Virus record (IMG/VR): IMGVR_UViG_3300020477_000026
Span: 1 to 58,283 of that record
DNA: 58,283 nt
Direction: 5' to 3' (one strand)
DNA from: a virus
Taxonomy: Duplodnaviria > Caudoviricetes
Shown: positions 1 to 6,436 of the stretch, one piece after another
How the letters are laid out: each line of letters starts with the position of its first letter
How positions within the stretch are numbered: the first letter of the stretch is position 1
Notes under the pieces: generated by a model
Database searches by the model: none
What the model saw: the letters and a program-made list of their open reading frames with translations, nothing else
Told to the model about the DNA's origin: nothing
Made by a program: the position numbers and the translations under genes

Positions 1-166
1 CCTCAACAACTTCTCCGTCAAACACACGCTTCTGGACGACGATCTCAAACAGCATGTCATCCTTGCCGACGACGATACCCTCGATGAAACAATCACCGCG
101 GTCTTCCATCGGCTTGAAATCCCAGCTGCGGACCACATCACCAATATTTGCTTCGTGCTTATGCAT
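1..166 (-). CDS. Early hypothetical protein, runs off the window (MHKHEANIGDVVRSWDFKPMEDRGDCFIEGIVVG...)
   Basis: Not in ORF track. ATG at 166 follows an AG-rich SD and the early promoter at 197-225; frame stays open to the edge. Confidence 0.7.
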   Translation of the reverse strand, partial: MHKHEANIGDVVRSWDFKPMEDRGDCFIEGIVVGKDDMLFEIVVQKRVFDGEVVE

Positions 167-196
167 ATCAAATCCTTTCTCTCTCTTGACCCCCTT

Positions 197-225
197 ATCA
201 TCCTATAGCCCCGGCTACCGGTCAA
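197..225 (-). promoter_or_regulatory. Early sigma70-like promoter TTGACC-N17-GATGAT
   Basis: Same architecture recurs at 1533-1561, 1881-1909 and 2463-2491, each followed by AAG and an AG-rich leader. Confidence 0.65.
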
Positions 226-253
226 CACAGTTGGTCAAAAACGACCCCCCCGC

Positions 254-358
254 TAACCCCTTGATATTACAGGAAGTTGACCCGGGTCAAAGGGTTAACT
301 CATTGATATTACAGGAGAAATTAATTTAAAGTTTTTTTTAACTACTTGATTTTACAGG
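254..358 (+). repeat. Three direct copies of 20-bp motif TAACNNNTTGAT(A/T)TTACAGG (254-273, 296-315, 339-358) with a 14-bp palindrome TTGACCCGGGTCAA (277-290)
   Basis: Read directly; copies start 42 and 43 bp apart. Confidence 0.85.
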
Positions 359-378
359 GTTTTTGAAAAAAATAAATG

Positions 379-407
379 TTGTGTTAAATTAAATTATATA
401 ATATAAT
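379..407 (+). promoter_or_regulatory. C-free sigma70-like promoter TTGTGT-N17-TATAAT
   Basis: Canonical spacing, A-rich upstream element, lies before ORF 427. Confidence 0.7.
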
Positions 408-426
408 AATTATAGTAAAAAATTAA

Positions 427-666
427 ATGAGAGAAATGAAAATGAAAAATGTAAATGAAGTTTTTGAAATTGAAGTAAATGAAGAAGATGTTTTTGAGAA
501 TGGTGTGTTAGTAATTGAAGATGTAAGTAATGAGGAGGGTGATGATAGTGGAGTGTTAGTGTATAGTTATAAAGATGTGTATGTATTGATGAGTTTTGAT
601 TTTGGTGGTAGTTTGTGTGAATGTGATGTGTATAGTAGTTTAGATGAAGTAAAGGAGGTGTTATAA
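427..666 (+). CDS. Small acidic protein 1 of the C-free cassette (start may be 436 or 442)
   Basis: About a quarter of residues D/E; lacks A, P, H, Q, T; motif DVFENGV shared with neighbours. Confidence 0.75.
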   Translation: MREMKMKNVNEVFEIEVNEEDVFENGVLVIEDVSNEEGDDSGVLVYSYKDVYVLMSFDFGGSLCECDVYSSLDEVKEVL

Positions 667-731
667 TGAGTATAGTAAATGATGTTGTTGTGTGGTTTGA
701 AGTATTATTGTGGAGTTATGGAGTAATGTGA
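666..731 (+). CDS. 21-aa hydrophobic micro-ORF MSIVNDVVVWFEVLLWSYGVM
   Basis: AAGGAGGT SD at 652-659; TAATG stop/start overlap with ORF 427-666. Confidence 0.55.
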   Translation: MSIVNDVVVWFEVLLWSYGVM

Positions 732-744
732 AATAAAAAAGTTG

Positions 745-773
745 TTGAGTTGAGTTTGAAGATGTGGTATGGT
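745..773 (+). promoter_or_regulatory. C-free sigma70-like promoter TTGAGT-N17-TATGGT with TGTGG extended -10
   Basis: 17-bp spacing; upstream of ORF 804. Confidence 0.6.
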
Positions 774-803
774 TAATATAGTGAAAATAAAGAGAGAATT
801 AGA

Positions 804-1145
804 ATGTTAAAATATGAAATGAGTGAGTTGAAAGAAGTTAGTGTTGATGAGTTGTTGAAGATTATTGGTTGGGATATTAGTGATTGGTTTGAAGGTGAAG
901 TATTTGAAAGTGGTGTGTATAAAATTGAAGTTGGTAGTAGAGGTGAAATAGAGGGTGTAAGTAAAGTTGAAGTAGTTGATGGTGTGTTTGAAGTAAAGAG
1001 TGTTGAAGAGATGTTGGATAGTTGTAAGGATGAAGAAGAGAGAGAAGAAATGGAAGATTGGTGTTATGTAGAGTTAGATGATGGTGTTGTGAATGTTTGT
1101 GAGTTTGAAGAATATGGATATGATTATTATAGAGTGAGGGGGTAA
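804..1145 (+). CDS. Small acidic protein 2 of the C-free cassette
   Basis: 113 aa, strongly D/E-rich, motif EVFESGVYKIE, AG-rich SD. Confidence 0.8.
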   Translation: MLKYEMSELKEVSVDELLKIIGWDISDWFEGEVFESGVYKIEVGSRGEIEGVSKVEVVDGVFEVKSVEEMLDSCKDEEEREEMEDWCYVELDDGVVNVCEFEEYGYDYYRVRG

Positions 1146-1153
1146 ATTAGGTA

Positions 1154-1182
1154 TTGTGTTGAAGTGGATAGTGTGGTAAGAT
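1154..1182 (+). promoter_or_regulatory. C-free sigma70-like promoter TTGTGT-N17-TAAGAT with TGTGG extended -10
   Basis: 17-bp spacing; same layout as 745-773. Confidence 0.6.
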
Positions 1183-1214
1183 TAGATATGATGAAAAAAG
1201 AGAGAGAGTTGAAT

Positions 1215-1448
1215 ATGATTGAGATGAAATTGAGTGAGATGGATGAGTGGATGGTTGGTGTTAATGATGTAGTAGAGGAGAGTGGTGTTTGGAGGTTTTT
1301 GTTGGATGATGATTGTATAGTTATAGAGGGGGTGAAAGTGGATAGTGTAGATGAAGAAGTGGTGAAGTATAGTAGTGAAGAGTTAGGTTATGAGTTTTGG
1401 GTGAGTAAGAATTATGAATATTGGAATATTAATGTGGGAGGGGGTTAA
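1215..1448 (+). CDS. Small acidic protein 3 of the C-free cassette
   Basis: In frame with track ORF 1164-1448; ATG 1215 chosen because it follows the promoter and GAGAG SD; motif DVVEESGVWRF. Confidence 0.75.
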   Translation: MIEMKLSEMDEWMVGVNDVVEESGVWRFLLDDDCIVIEGVKVDSVDEEVVKYSSEELGYEFWVSKNYEYWNINVGGG

Positions 1449-1476
1449 AAATTTAAAATAATTTAAAATAAAAAAT

Positions 1477-1520
1477 CCTTCAGGATCAAGGGGTTACGGG
1501 TAACTGCTTGATTCTAAAGG
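1477..1520. repeat. Two more copies of the 20-bp motif: inverted at 1477-1496 (rc TAACCCCTTGATCCTGAAGG), direct at 1501-1520 (TAACTGCTTGATTCTAAAGG)
   Basis: Match to copies at 254-358; the inverted copy begins at the first C after the C-free tract. Confidence 0.75.
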
Positions 1521-1532
1521 ACTTTTGCCCTG

Positions 1533-1561
1533 TTTACTAAGAGCCGCGGCTATAGGATGAT
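1533..1561 (+). promoter_or_regulatory. Early promoter TTTACT-N17-GATGAT
   Basis: 1548-1595 is a near-identical inverted copy of 164-210. Confidence 0.65.
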
Positions 1562-1592
1562 AAGAGGGTCAAGAGAGAGAAGGAGATTTGAC

Positions 1593-1856
1593 ATGATGGA
1601 ATTCAAACTGACCCACGAAGACGGTGACTACCAGGTCTTCCATTCGACCAACCACAGTGACCCTGACCGGATCGGAACGATCGTTGTCGACCATGCTCTA
1701 TGTGGTTCGGCTGCTTATGCATCGTTCGTTGAAGACCAGGAACGTGAGATTGTCGATTATGACCAGCAGCGGTTCTTCGATAACTGGGACTCGGCACAGC
1801 GTTACCTGGAGACGATCTGCTCGATGAGGATCCACATAGGTGAGCTGAGGGGTTAA
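1593..1856 (+). CDS. Early hypothetical protein
   Basis: AGGAG SD before ATG 1593, in frame with track ORF 1557-1856. Confidence 0.7.
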   Translation: MMEFKLTHEDGDYQVFHSTNHSDPDRIGTIVVDHALCGSAAYASFVEDQEREIVDYDQQRFFDNWDSAQRYLETICSMRIHIGELRG

Positions 1857-1880
1857 ACCCTCTTCTCATCTATCACCCTG

Positions 1881-1909
1881 TTGACCGAGTCACCGGGATG
1901 ATGGATGAT
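1881..1909 (+). promoter_or_regulatory. Early promoter TTGACC-N17-GATGAT
   Basis: Repeat of the early promoter motif. Confidence 0.65.
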
Positions 1910-1939
1910 AAGAGAGTGAGAGATTACAGAGAGAAATCG

Positions 1940-2413
1940 ATGACCAAAGTATACAACATCAAGATCACAACCACCGAAGGTCCCCGCACATCCGGAACCT
2001 TTGAGTTCGATGGCCGGACGAAGTCCGGACAGCGTGGCCGGTTCGTTCACTTGCCGAAGAACATCAATTTCAAAGTGCTCAGCAACCGCAAGGGCCGGAT
2101 CATCCCGAAAGAGATGAAGGAGTGCAGTCAGAAGCAAGACATCGAGAAAGCGCTTCACAAGTTCATAACTGAGTCAGAACAAAGTCAGAACGAGCCAGTG
2201 AAAGAGTTCGGAGTGGATACAGAACGAGAGCTGGCAGCTGCTCATGCCAACAGCAATGCAATCATTGCCAAGGCTCTGCAGAACGATCCGGAGCTGCGTG
2301 CATATGTTAACACAGCCATCGATAAGGCCCAAGGCAGGGTCCCAGTCGAGGCTGCACTCGGTAAGCATCATGATGATTTGCTCGAAATCCCTGATTTCTT
2401 GAAGCGCTCGTGA
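1940..2413 (+). CDS. Early protein ending in an FtsZ C-terminal-peptide-like motif (DDLLEIPDFLKRS)
   Basis: ATG 1940 after promoter and SD; C-terminus resembles the FtsZ core tail L(D/E)IPAFLR. Confidence 0.7.
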   Translation: MTKVYNIKITTTEGPRTSGTFEFDGRTKSGQRGRFVHLPKNINFKVLSNRKGRIIPKEMKECSQKQDIEKALHKFITESEQSQNEPVKEFGVDTERELAAAHANSNAIIAKALQNDPELRAYVNTAIDKAQGRVPVEAALGKHHDDLLEIPDFLKRS

Positions 2414-2417
2414 TGCA

Positions 2418-2452
2418 GAGGAGGTGGGGGCTCTCTCTCACCCCACCTCCTC
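2418..2452 (+). terminator. GC-rich hairpin GAGGAGGTGGGG / CCCCACCTCCTC
   Basis: 12-bp perfect stem directly after the stop codon; lacks a good U-tract. Confidence 0.5.
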
Positions 2453-2462
2453 ACCCCCTTCG

Positions 2463-2491
2463 TTGACCAAGTGAGAGAGATGAGAGATAGT
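2463..2491 (+). promoter_or_regulatory. Early promoter TTGACC-N17-GATAGT
   Basis: Repeat of the early promoter motif. Confidence 0.6.
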
Positions 2492-2506
2492 AAGATAGTG
2501 AAAGAG

Positions 2507-2585
2507 TCAGACCACCGAACCATATTTTCAGGACTATTTCAGACTAGGTCAGAATAGATTCAGAATAAAGTCAGAACGGGTCAGA
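2507..2585 (+). repeat. Helically phased TCAG(A/G) array
   Basis: Starts at 2507, 2528, 2539, 2549, 2560, 2571, 2581. Confidence 0.8.
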
Positions 2586-2610
2586 CATATAAGTGAGAGA
2601 GAGGTTAGTA

Positions 2611-3471
2611 ATGGCTAAGAAAATTTCAAAGAATGGTAACGTATACTACACTTCGAACGATTCGAAGGGCCGTAGTGCATTCGATCCTAGTTCGTCAGAG
2701 GAGTTCGTCGACTACTACATCAGTGACGACGAGATTCGTGCAAAGCTGGACAAGCGGTTCAGTGTACTAGAGCGTGTTACGCACAAGTGCATCAACGGAG
2801 ACATCTCGTCATTGATCGTGTATGGTCCTGCTGGTGTAGGCAAGTCTTTCGGTGTAAAGGCTGCTCTGGACAATGCAGACTGCCGTTATAAGTTCGTATC
2901 TGGGTATGCTACTAAGATCGGACTGATCAAGACTCTGTACAGCTATCGTCATAATGGTGATGTTGTCGTGTTTGATGACTGTGACTCAGTGTTATTTGAT
3001 GAGACTTCCCTGTCTATCTTGAAGGCTATCTGTGACACTACGGATGTACGTAACGTGTCGTACATTAGTGATAAGCCTATCTATCCTGAGGATGAGACTG
3101 GTGTGATCCCTTCTACGTTTGAGTTTGAGGGTACGGTGATCTTTATCACTAATACGGACTTTGAGAACGTATCTAAGCGTCTTGAGCCTCATACGAAAGC
3201 TATGATGTCACGTAGTGTGTACATCGACTTGGCTATGCGGACTCGTCGGGACTACTTGGTGCGTATCCATCAGGTGATTGATGCTGGTATGCTGGACATG
3301 TTGGGCCTTGCTGTTGACGAAAAGGCCGACATCATAGAGTATATTAATACGAACTATGAGCGGATGAAGGAGCTTTCTTTGAGAGTTGTAGTCAAACTTG
3401 CACAGTTACGTAAGGGTGATGCACAGTTCTGGAAAGAAGAAGCTGACGTAACCGAACTAAGGAGAAGCTAA
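2611..3471 (+). CDS. AAA+/P-loop ATPase
   Basis: Walker A GPAGVGKS, Walker B VVVFDDCD, sensor-like FITN. Confidence 0.85.
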   Translation: MAKKISKNGNVYYTSNDSKGRSAFDPSSSEEFVDYYISDDEIRAKLDKRFSVLERVTHKCINGDISSLIVYGPAGVGKSFGVKAALDNADCRYKFVSGYATKIGLIKTLYSYRHNGDVVVFDDCDSVLFDETSLSILKAICDTTDVRNVSYISDKPIYPEDETGVIPSTFEFEGTVIFITNTDFENVSKRLEPHTKAMMSRSVYIDLAMRTRRDYLVRIHQVIDAGMLDMLGLAVDEKADIIEYINTNYERMKELSLRVVVKLAQLRKGDAQFWKEEADVTELRRS

Positions 3472-3669
3472 ATGCAACTGGTAGAAACTGTCGAAACACC
3501 TCAGGATCTTGCACGAGAGTTCTGGGACAGAAAGAATGAGTACCATATCCAAATGTATGAATATGGCAGGTACTCCCCAGAGACGTTCATCAAGCATATG
3601 ATGTTCCTTGGTTGGGACAGAGATGAGCTTGTTGCACTGATGGAGGAAGATGATGAGTACGTCGAATAA
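3472..3669 (+). CDS. Hypothetical protein
   Basis: AAGGAG SD; operon packing. Confidence 0.65.
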   Translation: MQLVETVETPQDLAREFWDRKNEYHIQMYEYGRYSPETFIKHMMFLGWDRDELVALMEEDDEYVE

Positions 3670-3862
3670 GTTATTCATCGGTGCAGATCCTTTTAAGTCA
3701 TTGCACGGCACATTTAACTATGTGCCAATGACGGAATTCGAACACGATGTGGCAGATGATGTGTGGAACTCTCTGTCATATGATGAAATGTCTCAGTGGA
3801 ATGATGTGTCATTCAGGAAGAAACTGTACAAAAAGTACTGGAAGGAGCGGCTCGATGGATAA
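3650..3862 (+). CDS. Hypothetical protein
   Basis: GGAGG SD; operon packing. Confidence 0.6.
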   Translation: MMSTSNKLFIGADPFKSLHGTFNYVPMTEFEHDVADDVWNSLSYDEMSQWNDVSFRKKLYKKYWKERLDG

Positions 3863-4097
3863 GGTTATCGTGCTGTTCTTGGCGTTTACTGTGACAGATC
3901 CGGACGGGGTAGCCATGGATGAACAGTTTCATGTGATGGCAAAAAGGTTTGAGACAGCGGAGAAATGTACGCAGTTCGTAACATCGTGGGGCGGACTTAT
4001 CGAATCTCGTGGCGTCGATAAAGCTATGGAGCTGATCAAAGACGGATACGAGATCAAACTAGAGGAGATCGGGTGCGTCGGTCGTAGGGTGTTTTGA
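3855..4097 (+). CDS. Small secreted/membrane protein, similar to 50009-50236
   Basis: AAGGAG SD, hydrophobic N-terminus, RFETxxxCxQ(F/Y) motif. Confidence 0.6.
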   Translation: MDKVIVLFLAFTVTDPDGVAMDEQFHVMAKRFETAEKCTQFVTSWGGLIESRGVDKAMELIKDGYEIKLEEIGCVGRRVF

Positions 4098-4252
4098 TGA
4101 AGTTAATTATTGGATTCTGTCTTGGTATTGCATGCATTATTGCATTTCCTGATACCATTACATATGTCTCGGATACTTTCGTAGAGTCTGGTGTCAGAGA
4201 CTTCCTTGTGTCGACTCTGCAGAATATAGGTGATAATGATGTTACGAAATAG
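4097..4252 (+). CDS. 51-aa membrane protein (MKLIIGFCLGIACIIAFPD...)
   Basis: TGATG overlap with previous stop; fills the gap in the operon. Confidence 0.55.
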   Translation: MKLIIGFCLGIACIIAFPDTITYVSDTFVESGVRDFLVSTLQNIGDNDVTK

Positions 4253-4475
4253 TGATTATGTCAAACTTATTGCAGCATGTGCTTTTGCTGTAGTAATCGT
4301 CATCGGTCTTGGTGGATGTGGTAATACTGTCAAAGGTGTTGGTGCTGATATCATGAAGATGGGTGACAAACTTATGGAGAAAAAGGAAGATGAAAAGACG
4401 GCTAAGACACTACCTAAGCCTGTTAGTAAATCCCTTTCTCCAGTTCTGGACTCTAAGAAAGGTCAGCAAATATGA
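4230..4475 (+). CDS. Entericidin EcnA/B-like lipoprotein
   Basis: Lipobox LGGC followed by GNTVKGVGADI. Confidence 0.65.
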   Translation: MIMMLRNSDYVKLIAACAFAVVIVIGLGGCGNTVKGVGADIMKMGDKLMEKKEDEKTAKTLPKPVSKSLSPVLDSKKGQQI

Positions 4476-5125
4476 GAAACTTACTTCTTGTTGGCGCTTC
4501 TGCCATAGCATTATCTGCATGCAGCGCCACGACTCCAACCGCTCTGAAGGTGGAAAAGGACGTCGGAACATTCAAGTACAAGACCGCCGAGGTTGAACAT
4601 CAGGTATCTAATGTTCCTGACTGGTTCTTGGCTCCTCCTAAGGAAGATGATGTTATCTATGCCGTTGGCAGTGCATCCCTTCCTAACCTTCAGCTGGCTA
4701 TCGATATAGCTACTGTCGGTGCAAAACGTACTCTGGCTGACAGGATTAACAGCCGTGTTCGTTCTCAGACAAAGACTTTCATCAGCAAGATTGGTGATGA
4801 TGGGATGGACGCTTCCGTAATGTCTGAGCTAAACCAAGCTACGAGAAACCTCGTTGTTGATGCAGATCTTGGTGGATATCACCAGGATAAGCTGTCGATC
4901 GTTCCTAACGGAACTCAGTATCGTGTGTACGTCCTTCTTGCATATAGTGATGCAGCAGCTCGTAAGATTCTTCGTAATCGTCTGAGCCGTGACCGTGCAT
5001 TGCTGTCTAAGATTAATGCTACCAACGCTTTCAAAGAGCTTGATAGTGTCGTTAAAGACGTCAAGGATGACGAGCACAAGCAAGTAATGCAAGCAGTTCC
5101 TGTTCCTAAGGTCACAACGCAATGA
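4472..5125 (+). CDS. LPP20-like lipoprotein
   Basis: Lipobox LSAC; VPDWF...IYAVGSA...A..LA pattern. Confidence 0.65.
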   Translation: MRNLLLVGASAIALSACSATTPTALKVEKDVGTFKYKTAEVEHQVSNVPDWFLAPPKEDDVIYAVGSASLPNLQLAIDIATVGAKRTLADRINSRVRSQTKTFISKIGDDGMDASVMSELNQATRNLVVDADLGGYHQDKLSIVPNGTQYRVYVLLAYSDAAARKILRNRLSRDRALLSKINATNAFKELDSVVKDVKDDEHKQVMQAVPVPKVTTQ

Positions 5126-5472
5126 AATGGGTCATTGCGTTAGTATTGGTTATAGCGTCCTGTAGCTATGTAAGATCAGCTCAGGCGCTAGAACCTTTCT
5201 CGTTAATCGTCGGTGGACTTAGTATTGGATCATCGTTGAAGACTCTATCGGAGGATCATGCTACTAAGCAGGACCTCCTAGACGTCTATGGTCCATGGAA
5301 ACCTACTGCTGAGTATAGCGTTGAGCAACGGCTGGCTATCGGTCGTATGAGGCTAGAAATCGAAGACGATAGCCGTTATGATTTCTCCAACAAGAGGAAT
5401 GACCTATGCGTAACATTTGGTGTGCTCTGCCCATCATTGCAGGAATATGCACAGCAACTGAAGTTGCAATAG
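5122..5472 (+). CDS. Hypothetical secreted protein
   Basis: Signal-like N-terminus; ATGA overlap. Confidence 0.55.
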   Translation: MKWVIALVLVIASCSYVRSAQALEPFSLIVGGLSIGSSLKTLSEDHATKQDLLDVYGPWKPTAEYSVEQRLAIGRMRLEIEDDSRYDFSNKRNDLCVTFGVLCPSLQEYAQQLKLQ

Positions 5473-5939
5473 GATCTGATTGTGATATTGATCAGGTATA
5501 CACAGAGACAACACAGGCTGTAATCCGTGACTACAAGGTTATTGACAAACAGATCGAGCACTTTCCTCAAATTAATGGTGGCAAGTGTATTATCACTGGC
5601 ATGGCTCGGGTTGGTAGTAGTTGGTATCAAGATCGTGGCTATGCATTTTGGACTGAAGATTTGAGTTTAAGAGAGGCTTGTGACAGGGCATCGGAACGAG
5701 TTAAAACTAATATTGCTGTTCAGAACAGGCCGTTGGTTGTCCGTTCTAAGACGGCTACAAGATGCCGTATCATCGATGGCAAGATCGTTAAGAAGCCTAA
5801 TAAGCAGAAGTGGACATGGAATGAGTGTAGACAATTCAAACACAGACCTTGGTGGGGATACAACTACCCAGACCCTTGCAAAGAGCAGTTCCGACAGCTC
5901 GACGACGGTCGTAGAAAAGGTTACCCCCCTTCGAGTTGA
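5406..5939 (+). CDS. Hypothetical secreted Cys-containing protein
   Basis: Signal-like N-terminus; long ORF within operon. Confidence 0.55.
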   Translation: MRNIWCALPIIAGICTATEVAIGSDCDIDQVYTETTQAVIRDYKVIDKQIEHFPQINGGKCIITGMARVGSSWYQDRGYAFWTEDLSLREACDRASERVKTNIAVQNRPLVVRSKTATRCRIIDGKIVKKPNKQKWTWNECRQFKHRPWWGYNYPDPCKEQFRQLDDGRRKGYPPSS

Positions 5940-6186
5940 TCCTGATGACGGACGACATGATATAACGTGGTACGTCAAATGGTTTGCTACTGTGATAATG
6001 ATCTTTGCAGTTTCCTTCCGTGCAGTGGAGGAAGCTCCTAAGATCATAGACCAGTCGTTAACACTTGTCGGGTTGATAGGATGGTTCTTTGTGGCTTACA
6101 GATGGCATGATAGAGCGCTAATGTTAGTCAATGCTGTGGCTATTCCTATCATGATTATGGCAGTATTGAGATGGTTGTTTAGCTAA
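5821..6186 (+). CDS. Small multi-TM membrane protein
   Basis: Three hydrophobic segments (ITWYVKWFATVIMIFAV...); ATG 5821 in frame with track ORF 5680. Confidence 0.6.
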   Translation: MSVDNSNTDLGGDTTTQTLAKSSSDSSTTVVEKVTPLRVDPDDGRHDITWYVKWFATVIMIFAVSFRAVEEAPKIIDQSLTLVGLIGWFFVAYRWHDRALMLVNAVAIPIMIMAVLRWLFS

Positions 6187-6220
6187 ATAGTGTGCCGGAT
6201 TAATAACGGATTTCATAGAC

Positions 6221-6436
6221 ATGACACAAAAGGCAAAAGCAGTTCAGCTGCAGTCTGCGTTTCTGGAATTTATAGATAAGGCTCGAGAACTTGGTTATGA
6301 ATTAGATAGATTTGCATCTATCATTGCACATCCGAGAGTGGATAGCAAGAACTCAATTAATAACAATGTAACACTGAGAGTGGGAGATTATGTTGACAAA
6401 GTGGAACAAGTTGTATTTTCAACATCTAAGGATTGA
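6221..6436 (+). CDS. Small hypothetical protein heading the modifying-enzyme cluster
   Basis: Preceded by late-promoter-like CTAAATA at 6183-6189. Confidence 0.6.
   Translation: MTQKAKAVQLQSAFLEFIDKARELGYELDRFASIIAHPRVDSKNSINNNVTLRVGDYVDKVEQVVFSTSKD

Larger units (their letters stand above)
356..1476 (+). other. Cytosine-free tract (no C on + strand, no G on - strand), 1,121 nt
   Basis: Last C at 355, next C at 1477; G remains abundant on the + strand. Confidence 0.97.

Noticed and set aside
54-329. Track ORF 54-329 (+)
   Set aside because: Antisense to a better-supported minus-strand gene and runs through the promoter and repeats.
254-358. CRISPR mini-array
   Set aside because: Only three degenerate 20-bp copies with 22-23-bp gaps, one low-complexity; no cas genes.
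356-1476. Bisulfite-type C-to-T artifact or simple deamination as the cause of the C-free tract
   Set aside because: Blanket conversion would turn CAA, CAG and CGA into stops, yet the ORFs are intact with SDs and promoters. The -35 boxes are not TTGAT and the borders coincide with repeats. Not fully excluded without reads.
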